A model generated the notes under the pieces. It did no database searches. It saw only the letters and a program-made list of their open reading frames with translations, and was not told where the DNA came from. The position numbers and the translations under genes are program-made. From sequence record HM114315.1: 64,000 nt of DNA. One strand, 5' to 3'. The stretch's first letter is position 1. Every line of letters starts with the position of its first letter. This DNA comes from Acinetobacter phage 133. Of the stretch, positions 44,564-54,171 are shown piece by piece.

Positions 44564-45523
44564 TTAAATCCATTTCAATGTAAAGGCAAGACGAGCAACC
44601 AACATGCGCATATGTACTTTGTGGGAACCTGCAATACCGTAGAATTGGTTATTTTCGCCCATGATTTCAATTAATTGAACTTTGGATTGATCATCCACTA
44701 AAGGATAAATTTTGTCCATCAGTTGTTCAATTACGCTTGCATAGGAACCGACGTACTTATCGACCATAGGGAAAATCATTTTTACATCTTTTGTACGAAT
44801 TACGTGCATAAGATCTGATAAATCACGTTGTTCCAATACCAGGGTTAAAATACCCGAATCAATCACTTTATTCGAGCTATACAAATCCAGCAAGTTGGTA
44901 ACTTTACGGAAATCAGGGAAGTTCTGTAATACCAGAGCACCCAATACTTTAGGCTCCAGGATTTCGATCCCTTCGTTCGCACAAATTAATTGAGCGCGTT
45001 TAACCATTTGCACCATCATGGATTTGCGATCGGTTTCAGACGGAGTACCAAACTTAATTACTCGAGAACGAGAACGTAATGGCTTAACGATACCTTCCAA
45101 GTTATTCGCAGTAATGATAACTGAACAGTTATCACCGTATGCTTCCATGAAAGTACGCATATGAAGTTGTGCATCTTGTAAACCGTTACGGTCAAATTCA
45201 TCAATGACAATTACTTTTGGTCGACCATCATTTGAAAGAGAAGACGCAAACGTGGTTAACGGACCTCGCACAAAATCAATTTTACAATCAGACCCATTTA
45301 CAAACAACATATGGGCGTCAACACCATTGCATAATGCTCGTGCCACTGTTGTTTTGCCAGTACCAGGCTGGTCTGAATGTAGAATAAGATGCGGAATATT
45401 TCCAGATGCCACAATTGCTTTAAGAATGGCCTTATCCGCAGCAGGTAAAATGCACTCGTCAATATTATCAGGACGGTACTTCAATTCGAACATATGTTGG
45501 GTTTTATCAATTGAAAGTGTCAT
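44564..45523 (-). CDS. 44: clamp loader large subunit (AAA+ ATPase)
   Basis: 319 aa, same length as T4 gp44. Walker A HSDQPGTGKTT and Walker B VIVIDEFD. Confidence 0.9.
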   Translation of the reverse strand: MTLSIDKTQHMFELKYRPDNIDECILPAADKAILKAIVASGNIPHLILHSDQPGTGKTTVARALCNGVDAHMLFVNGSDCKIDFVRGPLTTFASSLSNDGRPKVIVIDEFDRNGLQDAQLHMRTFMEAYGDNCSVIITANNLEGIVKPLRSRSRVIKFGTPSETDRKSMMVQMVKRAQLICANEGIEILEPKVLGALVLQNFPDFRKVTNLLDLYSSNKVIDSGILTLVLEQRDLSDLMHVIRTKDVKMIFPMVDKYVGSYASVIEQLMDKIYPLVDDQSKVQLIEIMGENNQFYGIAGSHKVHMRMLVARLAFTLKWI

Positions 45524-45532
45524 TTTTTCACC

Positions 45533-46222
45533 TTAGAAACTGTGGCTTGAAGTTTTTTCTACAGAGATAATGTGCAATGCGCTTGCACTTTCGAAGCATG
45601 ATGCAATCTGCTTATCTTTAGCAAAGAACTTCACTTTATAATCATCCACTGGAATTTTCATGTTCTGCATATGAAGTACAAACTTAAATGGGGTGTTTAC
45701 TGGGCATGGCCCCATGTCAAGCGATACTAAAGGATTTGCTAAGTCTGCATCAGTAATGCGGTTGTAGCCGTCCATTACAATGCGATCGTCTTTCTTAGAA
45801 ACGGCGATCAAGTCAACAGCCAAGGCACGGGACACTCGTGTAAATTGTGACCAGTCATCGGATTTTAATTCAAACTCAATGGTCCCAGGTGGGAATACTG
45901 CAGTGCGAGCAGGAGTTAGAATTTTTTCAACATCAATTGTCGGCCAATAAATTACAGAACGCTCGCCTCGAATCGCTAAGCTGCCGTCAACCACCGTCAC
46001 ATTGGCATCTGCATCGGCAAGTTGCAAAATTGATAAGAAACCTGCTAAATCATGAATCGCGCATTCAATATCAATATTATCTTCAATTGTCGCATGGGCA
46101 TAGTTCGTAGTTGCACGGTTTGCAGTGCGGACCAGGTTGCCCGGGGTCAAATGAATTGATGGGTTAATAGTTGCAAAGTTTTTAAGCACAGCAATAGTAT
46201 TTTTACTAAATTTCATATTCAC
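45533..46222 (-). CDS. 45: sliding clamp (DNA polymerase processivity factor)
   Basis: 229 aa, colinear with T4 gp45 (MK.SK.T.A.LKNFATIN..I.L..G...). Confidence 0.9.
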   Translation of the reverse strand: MNMKFSKNTIAVLKNFATINPSIHLTPGNLVRTANRATTNYAHATIEDNIDIECAIHDLAGFLSILQLADADANVTVVDGSLAIRGERSVIYWPTIDVEKILTPARTAVFPPGTIEFELKSDDWSQFTRVSRALAVDLIAVSKKDDRIVMDGYNRITDADLANPLVSLDMGPCPVNTPFKFVLHMQNMKIPVDDYKVKFFAKDKQIASCFESASALHIISVEKTSSHSF

Positions 46223-46223
46223 C

Positions 46224-46589
46224 TCAAGGTTGTTGAACAGATAATTGAATTACTTCAAGAGCAGCATCAATAAGCATTTGATCTTGTTGATCGCAATATT
46301 CATCCGGTAAACGGTAGAAACCATTTACTCGAATCATTTTAACACCGTTTGCCAAAGCGTCTTCACGATGTTGACGCATTTTGCTGATCCAAAGTTCAAG
46401 GACTTCTTTATCCAACGATTTGTACAATGCTCGACGTGATTCCAAAGGCATGGCCTGGTACATTTCACGGAGTGTATCAGGAGTTTGAAGGACCCAAGCT
46501 TTACGGATTTTTGTATCTGCAGAATCTGAAATTTTGCCTTGAATATCTTGAACTGTAATAGTATTCATAACTACTCCACTAATAACCAT
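46224..46589 (-). CDS. rpbA: RNA polymerase binding protein RpbA (positional call)
   Basis: 121-aa ORF immediately downstream of gene 45, as in T4. No motif was verified. Confidence 0.5.
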   Translation of the reverse strand: MVISGVVMNTITVQDIQGKISDSADTKIRKAWVLQTPDTLREMYQAMPLESRRALYKSLDKEVLELWISKMRQHREDALANGVKMIRVNGFYRLPDEYCDQQDQMLIDAALEVIQLSVQQP

Positions 46590-46771
46590 AATTCATGTCG
46601 ACCCGATCGGATTCGGGCCAACTCATCTTCATTTTTGAATCGTTCGCGTAACATTGCATCAGTTACGCGAAACTCTTCATTATTGTAGAGGCAAATCAAT
46701 GTATATTGCTTAACCTCTGGGTAACATTCTAATTCATTTATTTCAAGCATTTGAAATGGTTTCCAACACAC
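46571..46771 (-). CDS. hypothetical protein (66 aa), gene 45.2 position
   Basis: Small ORF between gene 46 and rpbA, as in T4. Confidence 0.4.
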   Translation of the reverse strand: MCWKPFQMLEINELECYPEVKQYTLICLYNNEEFRVTDAMLRERFKNEDELARIRSGRHELWLLVE

Positions 46772-48446
46772 TAAACCGGCCGACTTTACGCATTTTTAAG
46801 TGTTGCCCATAGTCATCCGGGTTGTGATCACGGTGAGAAATAATAAAGCAATTTAAATCTGGAATAGAATTTAAGATCTGCTGAATTGCTTTAACCCCTT
46901 CGGCGTCCGTTGCCCCATCAGCAACTTCGTCCAAAATCAATGTTGATATATTAACACCTGTTACCGCCGAAGCAATCTTACGCCAAGTAAAAAGTAATGC
47001 AATGTCAATACGAGCTTTTTCGCCCTGACTGAACGAAGCATAACTAAAGTCTTCTCGACCTCGAGACTTGATGGATTCCCCAAATTCCTGGTTTAACGTG
47101 AATACATAATCAGCACCCATAATCTGCAAGTATTCATTGATGTATTTATTGAACAGAGGAACGTATTTCTGTACAATTGCGCCTTTAATACCAGAGTCCT
47201 TGAGCATTTCGGTAATACATCCGCGGCGGTACTTATCCATGACCATATCGGCCTTGTTTGTGTACTCGGCGTTTAGATCATCTTGTAAAGCCTGGATCTG
47301 CTGACTGTTATCAACATATTCTTTACTGGCTTCTTCAATCAGCGCTTTGATCTTCTTGGCCTGCCCTACCGCAGCCACAGCAGCGCTCTTAAATTGAGCC
47401 TGTTCGCTCTGTAAGGCGCGTATTTGATTTACGGCTGATAAGTATAAGCGTTGATCGTCTTGAGCTGAATTAAGCGACGCAGTGAGCGTATGGGCTGCTG
47501 TATCTTCAGCATCGCGGCGAGCTTTAATTTGGCCCACCAATTGAGGATTGCTCAACGGTTGAATGCAGGTCGGACACACCCCACCAGTATTGTATAGGTG
47601 TAGCACTTTATCATATTGATGACATTTTTGATCATGGACCGCCAAGTCGCGTTGGATGCGACCGATTTCCGTCGTCAAATCTGGAGGCGAAATGATTGCA
47701 TTAATTTTTTCCGAATGGGCAATAGCCTTATCCTTATTGGCGTTCACAATAGCAACTTGTTCATCGTACATTTTGTTTAAACGTATCAAGTTATCACCCG
47801 ATAAACGTTTCTGCTTTTCATCATGGTCCTGGTGGGTCTTGATTTGAATATTCAGGTGCTGAATTCGTTGGTCGCATAAAGATTGAGCAGTGTTTAGTTC
47901 CCGAATTGCAGTCTTATTCAACTTATCCATATCTGCAAGGACTGTGATTTCCAATAGGTCTTCAACTAGCTTGCGGCGGTTTGGTGCAGTCAATGCCATA
48001 AATGGAGTATAACCCGCCGTACCTAATACAATGATCTGTTTGAATGAGTTATAGTTCAATCCGATCAATTGTTCAAAGTATTCTTGGAAGTCTTTAGCCG
48101 AGGCTGACTCATCTAATGGAACACCATCACGTTTGATTTCAAAGATTGTGGGTTTCTGACCACGACGAACTTCAAATAATGAACCGTTAAAACGGATATC
48201 CACCTCAACCAGTTGGTCTTTTTTGTTCATTGAGTTAATAAGTTGACCTTTCTTAATGTCACGGAATGGTCGTCCAAAGATGCCAAATGTTAAAGCTTCA
48301 ATAAAGGTGGATTTACCGTCACCGTTTTTCCCTGTGACCAGGGACTTATGGCAACGATTCAAAAAGATTTCAATTGGCTGTTGTCCAACCGATAAGGTGT
48401 TTTTATATTTCACCCGTAAGATTTCAAGTTTTTTCATGCTGTACAC
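46743..48446 (-). CDS. 46: recombination endonuclease subunit (SbcC/Rad50-like ATPase)
   Basis: 567 aa. Walker A GKNGDGKST, central coiled coil with a CPTC zinc hook, C-terminal ABC signature and D-loop (LILDEV). Confidence 0.9.
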   Translation of the reverse strand: MYSMKKLEILRVKYKNTLSVGQQPIEIFLNRCHKSLVTGKNGDGKSTFIEALTFGIFGRPFRDIKKGQLINSMNKKDQLVEVDIRFNGSLFEVRRGQKPTIFEIKRDGVPLDESASAKDFQEYFEQLIGLNYNSFKQIIVLGTAGYTPFMALTAPNRRKLVEDLLEITVLADMDKLNKTAIRELNTAQSLCDQRIQHLNIQIKTHQDHDEKQKRLSGDNLIRLNKMYDEQVAIVNANKDKAIAHSEKINAIISPPDLTTEIGRIQRDLAVHDQKCHQYDKVLHLYNTGGVCPTCIQPLSNPQLVGQIKARRDAEDTAAHTLTASLNSAQDDQRLYLSAVNQIRALQSEQAQFKSAAVAAVGQAKKIKALIEEASKEYVDNSQQIQALQDDLNAEYTNKADMVMDKYRRGCITEMLKDSGIKGAIVQKYVPLFNKYINEYLQIMGADYVFTLNQEFGESIKSRGREDFSYASFSQGEKARIDIALLFTWRKIASAVTGVNISTLILDEVADGATDAEGVKAIQQILNSIPDLNCFIISHRDHNPDDYGQHLKMRKVGRFSVLETISNA

Positions 48447-49456
48447 TCAATCCACAACTGTTTAACCATATGTTTAATTGCAACGACATCTTCGGGGGTA
48501 CACTCCGGCATTGATGCTACATATTCATCCATTAACTCAGGCATTGACTTGATGGTCAAATCAATTTCTTCACCTTCTGCTAATTCAATGGAATTATCAA
48601 TACCTGATACCGTGCGCAAACTATGTACCACTTTTTCCAATTCATTTTCAAATGCCGGTAAATTCTTATCAACCGCTTCAATAACAACCCGCACCGACTT
48701 ATTTTTGAATTTTGAAAAATCAATGTCTGTAGCTGGGTAATAAATCTTCTCATGCCACATTGTTTCATTTTCAATGAAAGTGTACTTACGAGTTTCAGTG
48801 TCTAGGATTACAAATCCGCGAGGATCATTCTCATCACCAGCCGTTAAAGTATACGGGGTGCCAATATACTCGATGTTGCCTTTCTTTGATCGGGTGTGAA
48901 AGTGGCCAGACACGACGTGTTCGTATTTGGATAAGAAATCCGATTCAATACCATGAGATTTCAGTCCCTTGTAGAACCAGAACCCATTTAATTCCCAATG
49001 CCCAACACAATGGGTCGCAGCTGAGGTTTTAATATGTGTTAGGATTTCACTTGTATTGGTACTACACATCCAAGGAATAAGATCAATCCAGAGTCCATCA
49101 TAATCAACGGTAGTCGGTTTATCGTACACCTTGATATTGCTGTAATGTGTGAGTAACTCGGTGCAAGCGTTTGGGTTAACCGTATTTTTATGGTGCATAT
49201 CATGGTTGCCCACGATCACATCAATTTCAATACCTTCCGCAGCAATTTGTTCACACATCTCACGGTTAAATTCTAACGTGGTATGAGTAATCGCTTTGCG
49301 CACATCAAACCAGTCCCCAGTCTGAATCCACTTTTTAATACCATATTTGCGGCTAATTTCAATTGCTTGGCGAATACCATCGCGTTGAATAAATTGAATC
49401 CAGGGGTCATCCTGTTTAGCACCAAAGTGTAAATCGCCCAAATGTAAAATTTTCAT
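48434..49456 (-). CDS. 47: recombination endonuclease subunit (SbcD/Mre11-like nuclease)
   Basis: 340 aa. Phosphoesterase motifs MKILHLGDLHFG, GDWFD, GNHD and GHFH. Confidence 0.9.
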   Translation of the reverse strand: MKILHLGDLHFGAKQDDPWIQFIQRDGIRQAIEISRKYGIKKWIQTGDWFDVRKAITHTTLEFNREMCEQIAAEGIEIDVIVGNHDMHHKNTVNPNACTELLTHYSNIKVYDKPTTVDYDGLWIDLIPWMCSTNTSEILTHIKTSAATHCVGHWELNGFWFYKGLKSHGIESDFLSKYEHVVSGHFHTRSKKGNIEYIGTPYTLTAGDENDPRGFVILDTETRKYTFIENETMWHEKIYYPATDIDFSKFKNKSVRVVIEAVDKNLPAFENELEKVVHSLRTVSGIDNSIELAEGEEIDLTIKSMPELMDEYVASMPECTPEDVVAIKHMVKQLWIECTA

Positions 49457-49459
49457 TGT

Positions 49460-49717
49460 TTAACTGCCTCGTGAATGGTCCAAAAGAAAATCATTACTCG
49501 TCAGACCGCGTTTGCATAAAGTTGTTACTACTGTAACGCCCCCGGTCGAAGCAATAAAGGCATTACCAACATAAACTTTGACGCTTTTTGTACAGCGTTT
49601 ACTCCGTGTAAATCGAGTCTTTAATTCATACCGGTACAATTTGTAATTGCCCATGTGTAAACCATAAAATAGTGGTGGTAAAGGTTTAAAAGGTTTAGTT
49701 TTCATATCATACTCCAA
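49460..49717 (-). CDS. hypothetical protein (85 aa)
   Basis: Minus-strand ORF. Confidence 0.45.
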   Translation of the reverse strand: MEYDMKTKPFKPLPPLFYGLHMGNYKLYRYELKTRFTRSKRCTKSVKVYVGNAFIASTGGVTVVTTLCKRGLTSNDFLLDHSRGS

Positions 49718-49747
49718 AAAAACTTACTTATATTATCATGCTTAAAT

Positions 49748-49780
49748 GAAAAAAGGAGCCGAGGCTCCTTAATTATTTTA
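49748..49780 (-). terminator. terminator hairpin (GGAGCC-GA-GGCTCC with A-tract before and T-rich tail after)
   Basis: Perfect 6-bp stem. Confidence 0.5.
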
Positions 49781-50120
49781 CTTCTTGTTTCATTTTGACC
49801 ATTTCTTCACGGGCCAACAGAATCAATGCGGCATTATTACGATTCCACATTTCATCAGCTTCAGCAGTAGATAATGGTTTCTGACGATAGATACGACGCA
49901 GTTTTTGAATCGCGTATACATACCCGAACTTATTGCCTTCGATCATTGACTTTTCGGCCCAGGCCTTCAGGCGAGTAATTTCACGGCGGTTCTTTTTCAA
50001 GATTTTCTTGACTCGCTGATCAACTTCCTTTTTAACGTACTCTTCTTGTGCTTTGGCCAAAATATCATCATCATGATTTGGATCAAGGTCAACTTGGGAT
50101 AGATCAGTCGGTAGATTCAT
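49773..50120 (-). CDS. hypothetical protein (~115 aa)
   Basis: Start set at MNLPTDL so it does not overlap gene 55. Confidence 0.45.
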   Translation of the reverse strand: MNLPTDLSQVDLDPNHDDDILAKAQEEYVKKEVDQRVKKILKKNRREITRLKAWAEKSMIEGNKFGYVYAIQKLRRIYRQKPLSTAEADEMWNRNNAALILLAREEMVKMKQEVK

Positions 50121-50640
50121 TTTCTTCCTCGAATAAAAAAGACAGGCTTGTGTCAGGTAGGTTTTCAATTTGATTGTTTGCTTTTTTGTTCAGCGAAGTT
50201 TCAAATTTTTGCATTTTATCATATATGTCCTGGATGAAATCTTCATCAGCCATTGAGGCCATTTCAGGATCACGAGAATCATACACATTATGCACAAAGT
50301 ATGAATACTTTGTCGCTGCTTGCTTTTTCTCTTGTGTGATGCGTTGGATAAAGCAGTTATTGCATATCATGGTGATATAAGCGTGGGGATTTTTATATTT
50401 AGTCTCGTCAAAACGATCCAGATATTTGACCACAATTTCAATCGCGTCCCCAACCATTTCTTCTTTCCAATCTTCAGTGTATCGACTGAATTTATGGAAT
50501 GAACTAAACCCTCGAGCAATATCTATAATTGCATCGCCAATTGAATTGGGCATTTGCACTTTCTGACCTGCCTCGTAGCAGGCCTGTTTCCATGTGCAAA
50601 TATCCTCATACAATTTTTTATTGTCTACATAATTTGCCAT
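50104..50640 (-). CDS. 55: late-transcription sigma factor
   Basis: 178 aa, near-colinear with T4 gp55 (YVDNKKLYE, DETKYKNPHAYIT, KYSYFVHNVYDSRD, FIQDIYDKM). Confidence 0.92.
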   Translation of the reverse strand: MANYVDNKKLYEDICTWKQACYEAGQKVQMPNSIGDAIIDIARGFSSFHKFSRYTEDWKEEMVGDAIEIVVKYLDRFDETKYKNPHAYITMICNNCFIQRITQEKKQAATKYSYFVHNVYDSRDPEMASMADEDFIQDIYDKMQKFETSLNKKANNQIENLPDTSLSFLFEEENESTD

Positions 50641-50694
50641 TTAATTACCAATTCGCTTGTGTTGAATTATATTATACTAGGGATTACCAAAGCA

Positions 50695-50991
50695 TCATAG
50701 CTCAGCATCATGTCCCAAGTTAACCAGGGTTTCGCGTAACGTGTGTATTCGAGCAATATGATTATCAATAAAGATAACAGGATACACAATCCGACGAGAG
50801 GGTAACTTTGCACGGGCAACTAGGGAGTCAATAACGGCCAGATCATACTGAGGCATTCCATCAGGACCTTTGCTTAGCACCCGAATAAAGTTATATTCTA
50901 ACCCGGCTTCTGCACAAATCCGCTTTGCTTCCTTACATGAGAAGCATAAGAAATCATCTTCATGAATTCCGTAGATGTCTATTTTAGGCAT
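50695..50991 (-). CDS. nrdH: NrdH-like glutaredoxin
   Basis: 98 aa with a CFSC (CxxC) active site near the N-terminus, downstream of gene 55 as in T4. Confidence 0.65.
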   Translation of the reverse strand: MPKIDIYGIHEDDFLCFSCKEAKRICAEAGLEYNFIRVLSKGPDGMPQYDLAVIDSLVARAKLPSRRIVYPVIFIDNHIARIHTLRETLVNLGHDAEL

Positions 50992-51470
50992 TGGTTGTCC
51001 TTTAATATTTTGCGAATACCGTTACGATAGCATTTCACGAGCTGTTCTTTGCCCATAGTCAGATTGTGCATAATCGCTTGAGTATCGAGTTCTGCGATCA
51101 TCTCAGTCTTGTTTAAGCGGCTGAACCACTTAACTCGATCTGGGACGAACTGTGGATGAATAGAACTATCATGGACACACGTTTCATGGTATTCTACTAA
51201 TGACTTAAGCCATTCTACCATATCTATATCTTGACCCTTTAACCCAGATCTATCGAACTTGTGTTTAATTTGGCCTTCGGCTGCATTGCAGAGCGAACAT
51301 AAAAGTCCACGAACCTTGCCGGCACGTGGACCTGTTAAAGCGTGATCATGGTCCAGGTGATTGCTGTACACATCTGGATTTAGGCCACGCTTGCAGATTC
51401 TACACACTCCGTTTTGGACAGAGTATAAATGTAGTTTTTCTTCTTTAAGGGTTTTAGCAGTTAAAAGCAT
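50979..51470 (-). CDS. 49: endonuclease VII (Holliday junction resolvase)
   Basis: 163 aa, near-colinear with T4 gp49: MLLT.K..KEEK, NG.C.IC.R.LNPDV..NHLDHDH.L.GP.AGKVRGLLC.LCNAAEGQ.KHKF.RSGLKGQ. Confidence 0.92.
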   Translation of the reverse strand: MLLTAKTLKEEKLHLYSVQNGVCRICKRGLNPDVYSNHLDHDHALTGPRAGKVRGLLCSLCNAAEGQIKHKFDRSGLKGQDIDMVEWLKSLVEYHETCVHDSSIHPQFVPDRVKWFSRLNKTEMIAELDTQAIMHNLTMGKEQLVKCYRNGIRKILKDNQCLK

Positions 51471-51492
51471 ATCAAAGTCTCCTTTGATATAT

Positions 51493-51753
51493 TTAGCCTT
51501 TAATCACACGGATGAAATCAGTATCCATGAAAATGCACCATAGATCTAAATCTGTTGCTTCTGCAACATCAAGTTCATTACCGTCTGGATCTTTAACCAC
51601 AACAGCACCAGTTAAACCCATTAATGTACCTGATTCTACCACTTCATAGGAGTGACCCACTTTAATACCAAATCGAGCCGCAATTTCTGGATTATGCACT
51701 TGGTATAATTCATTGGGGACAATTTTATCACCAACTTCAATAATATCACTCAT
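51493..51753 (-). CDS. hypothetical protein (86 aa)
   Basis: Minus-strand ORF. Confidence 0.45.
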   Translation of the reverse strand: MSDIIEVGDKIVPNELYQVHNPEIAARFGIKVGHSYEVVESGTLMGLTGAVVVKDPDGNELDVAEATDLDLWCIFMDTDFIRVIKG

Positions 51754-52127
51754 ACCGGCACCATTTGATGTGAAGACAAAAAAACACCATCGTTATCTTG
51801 GGACCACGTTACAAAGGCCCAATAAGTAGTAGCAAATGGCGATCCAGTCAATAATGAATGCACTTCGCCGGTTACAGTGTTGCGAATTTCATCCGCAAAA
51901 TGAAAACCTAAACCTTCTTCAAATTTAATGTCGACAGGTTCATATACAGTGTCTGGACTCAGATTGAATTCTTGAGCAAATGCTTCAACATCATGTTCTG
52001 ATAAAAAAACGGGATCAAATTTAAATAACATTGTATTCACCTGGAATTGCAGTAGATAATAAAAGGGTATGTGGTTGAGCTTTGATAATTTCTTGGGTAT
52101 CCTCATTTTTAAGTGAAGTAACTCCAA
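51750..52127 (-). CDS. hypothetical protein (125 aa)
   Basis: Minus-strand ORF. Confidence 0.45.
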   Translation of the reverse strand: MELLHLKMRIPKKLSKLNHIPFYYLLQFQVNTMLFKFDPVFLSEHDVEAFAQEFNLSPDTVYEPVDIKFEEGLGFHFADEIRNTVTGEVHSLLTGSPFATTYWAFVTWSQDNDGVFLSSHQMVPV

Positions 52128-52260
52128 TAAATCCGTCGGTCATAACAGTCCGCTTCATTACTCGATATTTTACACCGAGTTCAAACTGACTTGCAAATTC
52201 TTCATTTCCATCAAACTCGAAGAATTCTGTGGTTAGATATACACAATCGCCTATGTTCAT
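52021..52260 (-). CDS. hypothetical protein (79 aa)
   Basis: Minus-strand ORF that overlaps its neighbour, so the start is uncertain. Confidence 0.35.
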   Translation of the reverse strand: MNIGDCVYLTTEFFEFDGNEEFASQFELGVKYRVMKRTVMTDGFIGVTSLKNEDTQEIIKAQPHTLLLSTAIPGEYNVI

Positions 52261-52487
52261 GGTGGAACCTCTTCTGAATAAAATTCTTGCTCGGTCATAT
52301 GGCCTAGATACGCAAAGCCAGTATATGTTACATCGTGTTCTAACATATGTTGTTCAAACTCTTTAAGACGGGCCAGATTCACTTTATACGGCCCATCAAA
52401 TGAAGCAATAACACGAGTCGTCTTATTTGCGGATAACCCTGCAAGCTCAACCCAATGTTTAGCCAATGCAGATTGATTTGTTTGCAT
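52257..52487 (-). CDS. hypothetical protein (76 aa)
   Basis: Minus-strand ORF. Confidence 0.45.
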   Translation of the reverse strand: MQTNQSALAKHWVELAGLSANKTTRVIASFDGPYKVNLARLKEFEQHMLEHDVTYTGFAYLGHMTEQEFYSEEVPP

Positions 52488-52944
52488 TTACTTTAGCCTC
52501 CAATTTTGAAGCAACTAACTTAGTGAAGGCTGTTTTTCGTTTATCTTTGAATGAAAACAATTCAACTAGCTCATCTTCAGTAAAAATAGCATCCAGTTGA
52601 CGAATAGCAAGCTCAACTTTATAAGTCTTGTCCGAAACCTCTTTTTGCTTTAAATATGCACTATACCAATTCCAGAAGACGTCAAAATTTGGTTTTTTCA
52701 AATCAATTGATTCAACAATTTCATTTGGAATATGGAGTACCGTATCAAAACGAGTAGCCCATTTTTCTGGATCGCGGTGAGAAACCGTTAAAATATAAGT
52801 ACCGTTATGAGCAGGCTCAATAACACCTTTTTCAGAACTTACACTCGAATCACGATAACTAATCTGTTCTGCCAGCATTGTCCCAATTCTTTCCATCCAG
52901 CGCATAAAATTCCACGCGGACATTGAATTTACATCTATGGTCAT
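52459..52944 (-). CDS. hypothetical protein (161 aa)
   Basis: Minus-strand ORF. Confidence 0.5.
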   Translation of the reverse strand: MTIDVNSMSAWNFMRWMERIGTMLAEQISYRDSSVSSEKGVIEPAHNGTYILTVSHRDPEKWATRFDTVLHIPNEIVESIDLKKPNFDVFWNWYSAYLKQKEVSDKTYKVELAIRQLDAIFTEDELVELFSFKDKRKTAFTKLVASKLEAKVNANKSICIG

Positions 52945-53270
52945 ACTGATACCTTCGCGAAAAAGTGTGGGGTTGATTCAGTAAAGAATGCCCAAAAATT
53001 TGGATCATCTTCCAGACGAAACACTTCTTTAGTATCCGTGTCTTGAAGAGTGACTACGCCAATAGTTAAACTGCGTAATTCAGTTTGATCATCCATTGCA
53101 TTTGACTCAACAAGGCGAAGGATTTTAAACTTTGCCCCAACTCGACCAAGACTTGGATTTTTCTTGATGTATAGTCGAACATTTTTACGACCTAAATCAG
53201 TCAGAGTTACAATTTGACCCACTTCAAGTTTTACTGGGTTTAGGTAAGTTTCCATTGACATATTATTCAC
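52941..53270 (-). CDS. hypothetical protein (109 aa)
   Basis: Minus-strand ORF. Confidence 0.5.
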   Translation of the reverse strand: MNNMSMETYLNPVKLEVGQIVTLTDLGRKNVRLYIKKNPSLGRVGAKFKILRLVESNAMDDQTELRSLTIGVVTLQDTDTKEVFRLEDDPNFWAFFTESTPHFFAKVSV

Positions 53271-54171
53271 CGTTCATAATGGCTTGGGCTTGAGTTAAAC
53301 ACACAATCTGTGCGGTTAATAGAAGGCAATCCTCTTGCAATTTAGACTGCTCTTTCTGTAAAGTGTTAGTACGTTCTTTATAAGTTTTTAACTTATCTTG
53401 CAACTCGAGTATTTTATCACTTAATTTTGGTTCTGTACATGGTGCTTCGGAAATAGTAGGGTCATTTATTGGCCCCGCCTTAGGTCCCACTGCATTAGCC
53501 ATAGAAATAAATGGATTAGCAGACTTTACTAAAATAACACCAATATTAGCCGAATTTTGATCAATGGTAATATCCAGATTATTGGATTGCTTCAAATATT
53601 CAACCAGTGTATTGGTAATTACATATACTTCTGATAGAGGTGTTTCCATTTTCACAGGCGATACTCGGATGGTGTACGGTCCTGGTCCTTTGAATCCCTG
53701 AATATACACCGCTCCATACTTAATTCCGTCTGGCTTAAATTCAAGCTTTAGAGTACGATGGTTCACTCTTGCGAATGACGCAATCAGATAATTTAATTCT
53801 TGATGCATGAAATAATTAAATGCCTGGTTTGTATGGTTAAGTGTGTACCGACCACGAAGTCCTGTTGCTTCACCACATACAAATTTACCAAACTGTGACA
53901 TACGTCGGTTATCAACTATCGTGCGAAACCACATGGTTTGTTGTAACTTTTTATTAATCAGTAAAATCGCAGGCTTACTTGAAGGAGATCCTTCGTATTG
54001 CAAATGTCGTTTAACAATACGCTCAACTGTTTTACTCGGAGGCAACCCAAATCGTGAAAATAAAGCCGTCGTGACATGATTTACATGCGCAGTAAGTTGA
54101 CCAGCATGAGAAGTGCGCGGCATCACTTGACGGAATGCCGCAGTTAGTTCATCGAGTATTTGTCGCTTCAT
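53263..54171 (-). CDS. hypothetical protein with C-terminal coiled coil (302 aa)
   Basis: Minus-strand ORF. Confidence 0.55.
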   Translation of the reverse strand: MKRQILDELTAAFRQVMPRTSHAGQLTAHVNHVTTALFSRFGLPPSKTVERIVKRHLQYEGSPSSKPAILLINKKLQQTMWFRTIVDNRRMSQFGKFVCGEATGLRGRYTLNHTNQAFNYFMHQELNYLIASFARVNHRTLKLEFKPDGIKYGAVYIQGFKGPGPYTIRVSPVKMETPLSEVYVITNTLVEYLKQSNNLDITIDQNSANIGVILVKSANPFISMANAVGPKAGPINDPTISEAPCTEPKLSDKILELQDKLKTYKERTNTLQKEQSKLQEDCLLLTAQIVCLTQAQAIMNGE

